From positions 5,250,001-5,282,000 of the forward strand of contig NZ_LN831039.1 in NCBI RefSeq assembly GCF_001457595.1: a DNA stretch of 32,000 nt. Direction: 5' to 3'. The translations under genes and the position numbers were made by a program. The DNA comes from Mycolicibacterium smegmatis (GTDB lineage Bacteria > Actinomycetota > Actinomycetes > Mycobacteriales > Mycobacteriaceae). The stretch's first letter is position 1. Each line of letters starts with the position of its first letter. Below the pieces are notes generated by a model, which was not told where the DNA came from, did not search any database, and was given only the letters and a program-made list of their open reading frames with translations. Positions 1-8,769 of this stretch are shown piece by piece.

Positions 1-27
1 GAATTCGGCACACCTGGAGGTACCGTC

Positions 28-291
28 ATGTCGGTTTACGAAGCACTCACCCTCGCTTTGATCATGGTGCTGGCCACCGCCACCACGGTCGCCATCTATG
101 TCGGGTTGGCCAATTGGATCGGCGCCTGCTACATGGTCCGGTGCAGTGAATGCCATCACCTGACCTTCGCGTCGAAGAACGCGCCGCAGTCCTCCTGCGC
201 CCACTGCCGTCACCCGATGCTCATGCATCCGATGTACGCGATCCAGCACCCGGGTTCTGTGCGGGTGGTCAACGACCGCCTGCGTTACTGA
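28..291 (+). CDS. Small membrane-anchored Cys-rich (zinc-ribbon-like) hypothetical protein
   Basis: 87-aa ORF. ATG at 28 is preceded by GGAGG (16-20). One N-terminal hydrophobic helix (LTLALIMVLATATTVAIYVGL) is followed by CYMVRCSEC ... CAHC (CxxC x14 CxxC). No family recognised. Confidence 0.5.
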   Translation: MSVYEALTLALIMVLATATTVAIYVGLANWIGACYMVRCSECHHLTFASKNAPQSSCAHCRHPMLMHPMYAIQHPGSVRVVNDRLRY

Positions 292-296
292 CTGCT

Positions 297-749
297 TCAG
301 GGCGTCGAGGTCTGCGCCTCTGCGCCCTGGTAGTGCGGCACACCCCGCTCACGGATCTGACGGCCGGTGATCCGCTCGGTGCGGATCCGCACGAAATGGT
401 CACGCTTGCCGTCGACCCACGGCTGCACGAAGGTGCCGGCCACCTCGACCAGCTGGTCGATGTCGGTGATGGGCTCGGCATGGCCGACGACCGTCACGCT
501 CCAACCGGTGCGCAGGTCCGGGTCCAGCTCGTCGGCCTCGAACGCGACCACCTGGTTCTTGGCCGCCGCCGATAGCTTGCCGCCACCCGCGACGCGGATG
601 ATCACATCGTCGTGTGACAGGCGGAAGTTGACCGGCTGCACCGCAGGAAGCGCGTCTTCGGTGAACACGAGGCGGCCCACCCGCACCCGCTGGAGCAGAT
701 CCAGGCACTGCCTACGGCTGAGCACGTCCAGCTCCTGACCTTTCGGCAT
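297..749 (-). CDS. Pyridoxamine 5'-phosphate oxidase-like (FMN/F420-binding split-barrel) family protein
   Basis: 150-aa ORF with a strong SD (CAGGAGG) 6 nt upstream of ATG 749. Sequence pattern (LSRRQCLDLL..VGRLVF...PVNF...V.FE.D) is typical of the Pyridox_ox_2/PPOX class. Lies 81 nt downstream of narI on the same strand. Confidence 0.75.
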   Translation of the reverse strand: MPKGQELDVLSRRQCLDLLQRVRVGRLVFTEDALPAVQPVNFRLSHDDVIIRVAGGGKLSAAAKNQVVAFEADELDPDLRTGWSVTVVGHAEPITDIDQLVEVAGTFVQPWVDGKRDHFVRIRTERITGRQIRERGVPHYQGAEAQTSTP

Positions 750-830
750 GACCGACCTCCTGTGAGTGTTCTGTGTCTTTCACTCTCGCGCACAGCACGG
801 CCGGGCGGCAGTGCCAAAAGTCCCTTCTTG

Positions 831-1565
831 TCACCAGCCGCGGCGGTGCGGTTGCGAGCCAACCAACTCGCCGCGCCCGGCGACGTCGCGGCTCCGGTAG
901 ACGATGTAGGGCCGGAACAGGTAGCCGATGGGTGCGCTGAATACATGCACCAGTCGGGTGAACGGCCACAGGCAGAACAGGACCAGCGCGATCATCACGT
1001 GGATGTGGAAGTACAGCGGCGCCTGCACCATGAGATCGCCGCGTGGCTGCAGGATCCAGATCGACCGGAACCACGGCGACACCGTGTGCCGGTAGTCGTG
1101 CTCGTCGCCCAGCGGGGTGGCGCCCAGCAGGGTGCAGGACAGCCCGGCCAGGATCGCCAGCACCAGCACCAGATACATGACCTTGTCGTTGACGGTCGTG
1201 GCGAGGAACACCGGGCCGGTGGTGCGCCTGCGGTAGATCAGCAGCGCGATGCCGCTGAGCGTGGCGATGCCGGCGATCGCCCCGAGGATGACGGCCTGCA
1301 CGTGGTAGGCGTGCTCGCTGAGCCCGATGGCGTCGGTCCAGGATTCCGGGATCACCAGACCGATGACGTGCCCGACGACGACGACGAGGATGCCGAAGTG
1401 GAACATCGGGCTGCCGATGCGCAGCAGCCGGGATTCGTAGAGCTGTGAGGAGCGCGTGGTCCAGCCGAACTTGTCGTAGCGGTAGCGCCACCACAACCCG
1501 ACGACCACCACGGCCAGCGTCACGTACGGCACCACGTCCCAGAAGATCACCCAGCCCGACATCAC
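831..1565 (-). CDS. narI: Respiratory nitrate reductase gamma subunit (membrane dihaem cytochrome b)
   Basis: 244 aa, multi-TM. N-terminus (VIFWDVVPYVTLAVVVVGLWWRYRYDKFGWTTRSSQLYE) is typical NarI. Last gene of the narGHJI order. Start is GTG 1565 (GTGA overlap with the narJ stop) or ATG 1562. Confidence 0.93.
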   Translation of the reverse strand: MMSGWVIFWDVVPYVTLAVVVVGLWWRYRYDKFGWTTRSSQLYESRLLRIGSPMFHFGILVVVVGHVIGLVIPESWTDAIGLSEHAYHVQAVILGAIAGIATLSGIALLIYRRRTTGPVFLATTVNDKVMYLVLVLAILAGLSCTLLGATPLGDEHDYRHTVSPWFRSIWILQPRGDLMVQAPLYFHIHVMIALVLFCLWPFTRLVHVFSAPIGYLFRPYIVYRSRDVAGRGELVGSQPHRRGW

Positions 1566-2200
1566 ACACCTCCCTGTGCCCGGCGCGGCGGCACGGTCAG
1601 TTGGAACGGCTCCAGCCCCACCGATTCCCGGGGCGGGCCGGTTCCGAGCAGAGTGCGTGACTGTGTTTCGGCGACGCCGGGCAAGGTTGCGCAGACGGCC
1701 GCGATCGCCGGGGCGTACGGCGAGCAGGCATCGACCAACGCCCGGCGCAGCACGTCGATCGGCACACGGTGGTCGGCGAGCAACCGGCGGCCCGCGACCG
1801 GGTCGACAGTCGCGGCGAACTCCAGGACCACCGGAAGATGATCGGGTGCTTCATGTTTCGGCGGTGCGACGCCCGCGGCCCGGTACGCCTGGGTGAAGGC
1901 CACCATCTGCACACCCCGGTTGCGGGTGTCACCACCGGTCCAGTACGTCAGCAGCATGGTGGTCTGCTTGCGCAGATCGAACGTGTCGACGTACTGCGTG
2001 GCCAACGCCATCGGACCGGCACCGCGCAGCGCCGCTAGGGTTTCACCGAGGAGTGCCGCGGGCGCACCGGTGATCTGCCCGATCAGGTCGGCGGCCGTGC
2101 GCAGCCGTGCCGCGTGGCCATCGTCGGGGTAGGCCAGCAGCAGTGACGCCGACTGCCAGACCACGCGGTCGTGCAGCGACCGGTCCCTGCGCGGCCTCAC
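1562..2200 (-). CDS. narJ: Nitrate reductase molybdenum cofactor assembly chaperone
   Basis: 212 aa, positioned between narH and narI. NarJ-like motifs (LLAYPD ... YVDTFD). The GTG start overlaps the narH stop (GTGA, 2197-2200). Confidence 0.88.
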   Translation of the reverse strand: MRPRRDRSLHDRVVWQSASLLLAYPDDGHAARLRTAADLIGQITGAPAALLGETLAALRGAGPMALATQYVDTFDLRKQTTMLLTYWTGGDTRNRGVQMVAFTQAYRAAGVAPPKHEAPDHLPVVLEFAATVDPVAGRRLLADHRVPIDVLRRALVDACSPYAPAIAAVCATLPGVAETQSRTLLGTGPPRESVGLEPFQLTVPPRRAQGGV

Positions 2201-3843
2201 TGCGAGTCCTCGGGGAACATCCCGGCGGGCACTCCTCTGCCGTCCCAGTTCAGCAGGTTCACCCGTGACGGGTGCTCGGCGTTGGCGGCCATGCCGTCGG
2301 AGGTCTGCCGGTGCTGCAGTGCGTGGAACGTCTCGACCGCGACGGGTACGGGACCACCGCTGGCCTCACCGAACGGACCCGACTCGTACATGCCCGGGCC
2401 ACCGTCGAACGACAACGCACACGTGGGCTCCTCGACATCGTGCCCGTCGGTGCCGTATGCCGTCGGGATCACGTACCGCTCTTCGTATTTCGCGAGCGCC
2501 AGCAGTCGGTACATGTCGTAGATCTGCTGTTCGGTCATGCCGACGGACGCGGGGATGTGCGGTTGGGTCTCGCGGCCGAGGTTGATGTCGCGCATGTACG
2601 ACCGCATCGCCGCGAGACGCTGCAACACCCCTTCGACCACACGCGTGTCACCCGCGGTGAACAACCCGGCCAGGTACTCCAGCGGGATCCGCAGGGCGTG
2701 CAACGCGCCGAACAGGTTGCCGAGGTCCTCCCCGTCGTGCCCGTCGCGGCTGACCGCGTCGACGACCGGGGACAGCGGCGGGATGTACCACACCATCGGG
2801 ACGGTCCGGAACTCCGGATGCAGCGGCAGCGCAACACCGTACGTGTGGATCAGCTTGTACACCGGCGAGTGTTGGGCGGCCTCGATCCACTCGTCGGAGA
2901 TGCCTTCGGCCCGTGCGCCCGCGATGACCGCCGGATCGGTGGGGTCGAGCAGGATCTGCCGGTGCGCCTCGTACAGGTCGGTCTCGTCGGGCACCGACGC
3001 CGCCTCCAGCACGCGGTCGACGTCGTAGAGCACCAGCCCCAGATAGCGCAACCGGCCCACGCAGGTCTCCGAGCACACCGTCGGCATCCCCACCTCGATG
3101 CGCGGATAGCACAGCGTGCACTTCTCGGCCTTGCCGGTCTTGTGGTTGAAATAGACCTTCTTGTAGGGACATCCGGAGACGCACATGCGCCAGCCGCGGC
3201 AGCGGTCCTGATCGACCAGGACGATGCCGTCCTCGGAACGCTTGTACATCGCGCCCGACGGACACGACGCCACACACGACGGGTTGAGGCAGTGCTCGCA
3301 TATGCGCGGCAGGTAGAACATGAACGTCTGCTCGAACTCGAGCTTGATGTGTTCGCTGACCTTCTGCAGCACCGGATCTCCCGGCGCGATCTCCTGGGAG
3401 CCGCCGAGGTCGTCGTCCCACGCCGCCGACCATGAGACCTTCATGGGCTTGCCGTCGATGAGGCTGCGCGGCGGGGCCACGGGCATGTGCTCACCCAGCG
3501 GGGCCGACGTGAGGTTCTCGTAGTCGTAGGTCCACGGCTCGTAGTAGTCGTCGATCGAGGGCAGTTTGGGGTTGGCGAAAATCCGCGCCAGCTTCGCCAG
3601 CCGGCCGCCGTCGCGCAGCCGCAGCCGGCCGCGCGCGTCCAACCGCCAGCCCCCGCGCCACTTCTCCTGATCCTCGTAGGTGCGCGGATAGCCCTGGCCC
3701 GGGCGGGTTTCGACGTTGTTGAACCACACGTACTCGGTGCCCGCGCGGTTGGTCCAGGCCTGCTTGCACGTCACCGAGCACGTGTGGCAGCCGATGCATT
3801 TGTCGAGGTTCATCACCATCGCCATCTGCGCCATGACCTTCAT
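2197..3843 (-). CDS. narH: Respiratory nitrate reductase beta subunit (Fe-S)
   Basis: The track ORF (2197-4110) was trimmed to ATG 3843 (MKVMAQMAMVMNLDKCIGCHTCSVTCK). SD GGAGGTGA lies upstream and there is an ATGA overlap with the narG stop. Four Cys clusters are present, including CRGWRMCVSGCP (the CxxW cluster typical of NarH). Confidence 0.95.
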   Translation of the reverse strand: MKVMAQMAMVMNLDKCIGCHTCSVTCKQAWTNRAGTEYVWFNNVETRPGQGYPRTYEDQEKWRGGWRLDARGRLRLRDGGRLAKLARIFANPKLPSIDDYYEPWTYDYENLTSAPLGEHMPVAPPRSLIDGKPMKVSWSAAWDDDLGGSQEIAPGDPVLQKVSEHIKLEFEQTFMFYLPRICEHCLNPSCVASCPSGAMYKRSEDGIVLVDQDRCRGWRMCVSGCPYKKVYFNHKTGKAEKCTLCYPRIEVGMPTVCSETCVGRLRYLGLVLYDVDRVLEAASVPDETDLYEAHRQILLDPTDPAVIAGARAEGISDEWIEAAQHSPVYKLIHTYGVALPLHPEFRTVPMVWYIPPLSPVVDAVSRDGHDGEDLGNLFGALHALRIPLEYLAGLFTAGDTRVVEGVLQRLAAMRSYMRDINLGRETQPHIPASVGMTEQQIYDMYRLLALAKYEERYVIPTAYGTDGHDVEEPTCALSFDGGPGMYESGPFGEASGGPVPVAVETFHALQHRQTSDGMAANAEHPSRVNLLNWDGRGVPAGMFPEDSQ

Positions 3844-6800
3844 CGGTACGTCACCTCCTGGCTGCGGCGGCGCACCACCGTCACCTCGTCGCGCTGATTG
3901 CCCGTGGGCCCGAGATAGTTGAACGCGTACGCGTGCTGGGCGTACCCGCCTGCGAGATGGCTGGGTTTGATCAACAGCCGGGTCAACGAGTTGTGGATCC
4001 CGCCGCGGGTGCCGGTGGTCTCGGTCAGCGGCACGTCGATGGTGCGTTCCTGCGCGTGGTAGACGTAGACGACGCCGTCGGGCATCCGGTGGCTGACGAT
4101 GGCGCGACATACCAGGACCCCGTTGCGGTTGACGGCCTCGACCCAGTCGTTGTCGCGCACCGCGATCTTGTCGGCGTCACCCGGGCTCATCCACATCGTG
4201 GGCCCGCCCCGTGACAGGCTCAGCATGAACAGGTTGTCCTGGTACTCCGAGTGGATCGACCACTTCGAGTGCGGCGTCAGATAGCGGACCGTGAGCCCCA
4301 CCCCGCCCGCGCCGTCGGCACCGAGACGCGACTCCCCGAACAGCCGGGCCATGTCCAGCGGGGGCCGGTACACGGGCAGTTGCTCGCCGAGTTCCTCGAG
4401 CCAGTCGTGGTCGACGTAGAAGTGCATCCGACCGGTCAGCGTGTGAAAAGGCTTGAGCTCCTCGATGTTCACGGTGAACGGTGCGTAACGGCGGCCGCCG
4501 GTCTCGCTACCCGACCACTCGGGGCTGGTGATCACCGGGACGGGCCTGGCCTGGGCGTCGGCGTAGGTGATGCGGCGCTCCTCACTGCCCAGCGCGAGGT
4601 GCACCAGCTTGCGGCCGGTACGCCGTTCGAGTTCGGCGAAGCCCTCGACGGCCAGGCGGCCGTTGGAGGTGCCCGACAACGCGAGGATCACGTCGGCCAT
4701 GCGTTCGCCGGTGGTGACGGCCGGGCGGCCCTGCGCGGCACCGGAATCCATCACCCCGCACTTGGCGCCGAGTTCTGCGACCTCGCGCGTCGGATGGGTC
4801 GTGACACCCTTCGTGGTCACCCCGAGGCCCTCGACCAGGGGTCCCAGCGCGGCCCACTTCTGCGCGATCGCACCGTAGTCACGCTCGACGACCGCGAGCG
4901 GGCCCATGGTCCTGCCCGGTACGGGTGTCTCACCGGCGGCCCGCCAATCATGTTCGGTGCCCGAGGGATACGCCATCGCACCGGGTGTGTCGTGCTGCAG
5001 GGTGCCGAGCACGACGTCGGTGCGCACCCCCAGGTGCCTGGCCGCCAGCGTGCTGAAGGCGCGTGCGATGGCGCCGAACGCCTCGAAGTCCGAACGGGTC
5101 TCCCACGGCGGGTCCACCGCGGGACTGAACGCGTGGACGTAGGGGTGCATGTCGGTGCTCGACAGGTCGGCCTTCTCGTACCAGGTCGCCGCGGGCAGCA
5201 CGACATCGGAGAGCAGTGTCGTCGAGGTCATCCGGAAATCGATCGACATCAGCAGATCCAGCTTGCCCTCAGGGATGTCGTCTGTGCAGGTCACCGACGA
5301 CGGCCGCACGCCGTTGGGCGCGGCCTGCAGGTTCGAGGTCGTGCCGAGCAGGTGACGCAGGAAGTACTCGTTTCCCTTGCTCGACGAGCCCAGCAGGTTG
5401 GCGCGCCACACGTCGAGCACGCGCGGCCAGTTGGCCGGATTGTCCGGGTCGGTCACCGCGAGCGTGAGGGAACCGTCGGCCAGTTTCGCCGCGACGTAGG
5501 CGGGGATCTCCTGGCCGGCCGCGCGGGCCTCGTCGGCCACGTCGAGGCTGGAACGGTCGAACTGCGGGAAGAACGGACTCCATCCCATGGCCGCCGCCGA
5601 CGCCAGCACGTCCATGGTGTGCCTGCCGCGGAACCGGCCGCGCCCCACCGGACTCGACAGCGCGTCCGCCTGGTAGCCGTCGTAGCGCCACTGGTCGGTG
5701 TGGGCGTACCAGTAGGAGGTTCCGGCCATCTGGCGCGGCGGCCGTGACCAGTCGGTGGCCATCGCCATGGTCGCCCACCCGGTGACCGGCCGGCATTTCT
5801 CCTGGCCGACGTAGTGCGCCCAGCCTCCGCCGTTACGGCCCATCGACCCGGTGAGCAGCAACAGCGTCAGCACCGCGCGGTAGGTGGCGTCGCCGTGGAA
5901 CCACTGGCAGATGCCCGCGCCCATGATGATCATCGAGCGTCCGCGGGTTTCCTCGGCGTTGCGGGCGAACTCGCGTGCCACCCGGATCGCCTGGGCGGCA
6001 GCCACTCCGGTGATCGGTTCCTGCCACGCCGGGGTGTAGGGGCGCGTCGCGTCGTCGAAACCGGTCGGCCAGTCCCCTGGCAGACCCGGCCGTGCCACGC
6101 CGTACTGGGCAAGCATCAGATCGAAGACCGTGCACACGCGGTGCTCACCGACGCGCCGGACCGGGACGCCGCGCACCATGGTCTCGCCGTGCCCGTCGAG
6201 CGTGTCGAACCGCGGCAGCGTCACCTCGGCGGTCTCACAGGTGTCTGCCGCCACCGTGAGAGCGGGTACCAGGTTCTCCAGGTCCAGATTCCAGTTGCCC
6301 AGGCCGCTCTCGCCGAACCGGAATCCCAGGGAGCCCTGCGGGATCGCGATGCTGTCGCTCGCGCTGTCGAGCAGGGCCGGCTTGAAGGCTGCGTTCTCCT
6401 GCGCCGCCACATCCGGGGTCAGATCCGCCGCGGTGAGGTTCTTGCCGGGCACCAGCGCACCGTCGCGTTCCTCGAGTTTGACCAGGAACGGCAGGTCGGT
6501 GAAACGGCGCGCAAAATCGGTGAAGTACGGAACCTCGTTCTGCACAAAGCACTCCGAGAGGATCACGTGCCCCATCGCCATGGCCAGCGCACCGTCGGTG
6601 CCCGCGGCGCACGGCATCCACTCGTCGGCGAACTTGGTGTTGTCGGCGTAATCCGGGCTCACCGAAACGACTTTCGTGCCGCGGTAGCGCACCTCGGCCA
6701 TCCAGTGCGCATCCGGGGTGCGGGTGACCGGAACGTTGGAGCCCCACATCATCAGGTACGCCGCGTCCCACCAGTCGCCCGACTCCGGGACATCGGTCTG

Positions 6801-7547
6801 ATCGCCGAAGACCTGCGGCGAGGCCACCGGCAGATCGGCGTACCAGTCGTAGAACGAGGCCATCACGCCGCCGATCAACTCGACGAACCGCGAGCCCGCG
6901 GCGTGGCTGACCATCGACATGGCCGGGATCGGCGAGAACCCGGCGATCCGGTCGGGTCCATAGGTCTTGATGGTGTGCACGTGCGCAGCCGCGATCATCT
7001 CGGTGGCTTCTGCCCAGCTCACCCGCACCAGACCGCCCTTGCCGCGGGCACTTTGGTACCGGCGTCTGCGTTCCGGGTCGGCCTGGATGTCGGCCCATGC
7101 CAGCACGGGGTCACCGAGCCTGGCGCGTGCCTCGCGGTACATCTCGACGAGCACGCCGCGCGCGTACGGATAGCGCACGCGCGTCGGCGAGTACGTGTAC
7201 CAGGAGAACGCGGCGCCGCGCGGGCAGCCCCGCGGTTCGTACTCCGGACGGTCGGGACCCACGGACGGGTAGTCGGTCTCCTGGGTCTCCCACGTGATGA
7301 TCCCGTCCTTGACGTAGATCTTCCACGAGCACGACCCGGTGCAGTTGACGCCGTGCGTCGAGCGCACCACCTTGTCGTGGCTCCACCGGTCGCGGTAGAA
7401 CACGTCTCCCTCACGCCCACCTTGGCGAGAGACGGTGCGGAGGTCGGGCGAGAACGTGCCAGGCGTGAAGAATCTCCCGCTACGTTGCAGCAGTTCTTCC
7501 ACACGTCCGCCGACACGTGGTTGGCGGTCAGCGGTCGATCTGGTCAC
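3840..7547 (-). CDS. narG: Respiratory nitrate reductase alpha subunit (Mo-bisMGD catalytic subunit)
   Basis: 1235 aa. N-terminal FS0 motif HGVNCTGSCSW. Molybdopterin oxidoreductase signatures run along the full length, and the length matches mycobacterial NarG. The GTG start at 7547 overlaps the narK 3' end by 20 nt. Confidence 0.97.
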   Translation of the reverse strand: MTRSTADRQPRVGGRVEELLQRSGRFFTPGTFSPDLRTVSRQGGREGDVFYRDRWSHDKVVRSTHGVNCTGSCSWKIYVKDGIITWETQETDYPSVGPDRPEYEPRGCPRGAAFSWYTYSPTRVRYPYARGVLVEMYREARARLGDPVLAWADIQADPERRRRYQSARGKGGLVRVSWAEATEMIAAAHVHTIKTYGPDRIAGFSPIPAMSMVSHAAGSRFVELIGGVMASFYDWYADLPVASPQVFGDQTDVPESGDWWDAAYLMMWGSNVPVTRTPDAHWMAEVRYRGTKVVSVSPDYADNTKFADEWMPCAAGTDGALAMAMGHVILSECFVQNEVPYFTDFARRFTDLPFLVKLEERDGALVPGKNLTAADLTPDVAAQENAAFKPALLDSASDSIAIPQGSLGFRFGESGLGNWNLDLENLVPALTVAADTCETAEVTLPRFDTLDGHGETMVRGVPVRRVGEHRVCTVFDLMLAQYGVARPGLPGDWPTGFDDATRPYTPAWQEPITGVAAAQAIRVAREFARNAEETRGRSMIIMGAGICQWFHGDATYRAVLTLLLLTGSMGRNGGGWAHYVGQEKCRPVTGWATMAMATDWSRPPRQMAGTSYWYAHTDQWRYDGYQADALSSPVGRGRFRGRHTMDVLASAAAMGWSPFFPQFDRSSLDVADEARAAGQEIPAYVAAKLADGSLTLAVTDPDNPANWPRVLDVWRANLLGSSSKGNEYFLRHLLGTTSNLQAAPNGVRPSSVTCTDDIPEGKLDLLMSIDFRMTSTTLLSDVVLPAATWYEKADLSSTDMHPYVHAFSPAVDPPWETRSDFEAFGAIARAFSTLAARHLGVRTDVVLGTLQHDTPGAMAYPSGTEHDWRAAGETPVPGRTMGPLAVVERDYGAIAQKWAALGPLVEGLGVTTKGVTTHPTREVAELGAKCGVMDSGAAQGRPAVTTGERMADVILALSGTSNGRLAVEGFAELERRTGRKLVHLALGSEERRITYADAQARPVPVITSPEWSGSETGGRRYAPFTVNIEELKPFHTLTGRMHFYVDHDWLEELGEQLPVYRPPLDMARLFGESRLGADGAGGVGLTVRYLTPHSKWSIHSEYQDNLFMLSLSRGGPTMWMSPGDADKIAVRDNDWVEAVNRNGVLVCRAIVSHRMPDGVVYVYHAQERTIDVPLTETTGTRGGIHNSLTRLLIKPSHLAGGYAQHAYAFNYLGPTGNQRDEVTVVRRRSQEVTYR

Positions 7548-8757
7548 TTCGGACTCCCCCTCTGCCCGGTTCGTGCGCGTGCAGCCGCAGCGCGGTGTAG
7601 GCGAACGCGACCAGCGCGGTCGCCACCAACAGCAGCAGGCCCACGGTGTAATCGTTGTCGGCGGCGTCGTAGGTCGCGCCCATCACCAGCGGCGGGAAGT
7701 AGCCGCCCAAACCTCCTGCGGCCGCGACGATCCCGGTGACCGATCCGACCGACTGAGCCGGCGCACGGCGCGCGACCCACGCGAACACGCCGCCGGTGCC
7801 GACGCCGAGGAAGATCGCCAGCGTGATGAACGTGGTGGCCGACCACACATCCGGCGGCGGCTGGAACACCGCGACGAAAGCCAGCAGCGCGGTTCCCGCG
7901 AACGACGCGAGTACGACGTACTTGGGCGGGATTCGGTCCGACAGCGCGCCGCCGACCGGCCGGGCCAGCACCGCGGCCACCGCGAAACCCGCTGTGCGTG
8001 AACCGGCCTCGACGGCCGAGAAGTCGTAGATGGTCTTGATGTAGGTGGGCAGGTAGTTGCTGAACGCCACGAAGCCACCGAAGACCACGGCGTAGAGGAA
8101 CGACATCTCCCAGGTCACCGGGAGTTTCGCGGCAGCCTTGAGCTTCGGCACGACCGGATCGGTGTTGGGCCGGAAGGACGGGGCGTCCCGCATCATCACC
8201 ACGCACAGCACAGCGGTCAGGGCGAGCGCGATCGCGACGATGAGATGAGTGGTGAACAGTCCGAACCAGTTCACGAACCGGGGTGTGAAGAACGCCGACA
8301 GCGCGGTGCCCACCATGCCCATGCCGAACACGCCCGTGGCGAACCCGCGCCGCGAGGCGTCATACCAATTGTTGGAGAACGGGATGCCGACGGCGAAGAT
8401 GGTGCCCGCCACCCCAAGGAAGAACCCGCACACCAACAGCAGCGGATAGGACCCCGCGCTGCCCGCGGCACCCACGGCCAGCACCGGAAGGATCGACGCG
8501 ACCGTCACGGCGATGAACATGGTGCGTCCGCCGAACCGGTCGGTGAGCGAGCCGATCACGATGCGTCCCAACGATCCGACCAAGATCGGGGTGGCCACCA
8601 GCATCGACGCTTCGGTGCTGCTCAGGCGCATGTCGCCAGCGTAGGTCGTGGACAGTGGGCCGATCATGTTCCACGCCCAGAAGTTGATGGCCGACACCCA
8701 CGTCGCCAGCGCCAGGTTCACCCCCTGGCGCGTGTACGGCGTGGTTGCCGTGCTCAC
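7528..8757 (-). CDS. narK: MFS nitrate/nitrite transporter (NarK family)
   Basis: 409 aa with about 12 TM helices. MFS motif GSLTDRFGGR. Lies immediately upstream of and overlapping narG. GTG start at 8757. Confidence 0.85.
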   Translation of the reverse strand: MSTATTPYTRQGVNLALATWVSAINFWAWNMIGPLSTTYAGDMRLSSTEASMLVATPILVGSLGRIVIGSLTDRFGGRTMFIAVTVASILPVLAVGAAGSAGSYPLLLVCGFFLGVAGTIFAVGIPFSNNWYDASRRGFATGVFGMGMVGTALSAFFTPRFVNWFGLFTTHLIVAIALALTAVLCVVMMRDAPSFRPNTDPVVPKLKAAAKLPVTWEMSFLYAVVFGGFVAFSNYLPTYIKTIYDFSAVEAGSRTAGFAVAAVLARPVGGALSDRIPPKYVVLASFAGTALLAFVAVFQPPPDVWSATTFITLAIFLGVGTGGVFAWVARRAPAQSVGSVTGIVAAAGGLGGYFPPLVMGATYDAADNDYTVGLLLLVATALVAFAYTALRLHAHEPGRGGVRSDQIDR

Positions 8758-8769
8758 CAGTCCAGGAAA

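Noticed and set aside
1-14. The window begins GAATTCGGCAC, which resembles an EcoRI cDNA-cloning adaptor (AATTCGGCACGAG) and could hint at vector or adaptor contamination.
   Set aside because: The match is only 11 nt and diverges afterwards. The sequence flows straight into a normal SD (GGAGG) and ORF with the same composition as the rest of the window. It is most likely a chance EcoRI site at an arbitrary window cut.
712-1569. 285-aa minus-strand ORF overlapping narI in another frame.
   Set aside because: The NarI frame (831-1565) has the characteristic polytopic sequence. The alternative frame is an Arg/Pro/His-rich shadow.
3844-4110. N-terminal 89-codon extension of narH in the track ORF (2197-4110).
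   Set aside because: The extension lies entirely inside narG and is Arg-rich nonsense. The conserved NarH N-terminus begins at ATG 3843, which has its own SD and an ATGA coupling to narG.
5814-7739. 641-aa plus-strand ORF, with similar long ORFs at 4251-5747, 2272-3435, 8245-10350, 16267-17334, 19908-20894, 25531-26880 and 28357-29712.
   Set aside because: All lie antisense or out of frame to genes with unmistakable family signatures (narG, narH, GH1, permease, SSS and others). Their translations are Arg/Gly/His/Asp/Pro-rich low-information strings, typical of stop-poor shadow frames in ~67% GC DNA.
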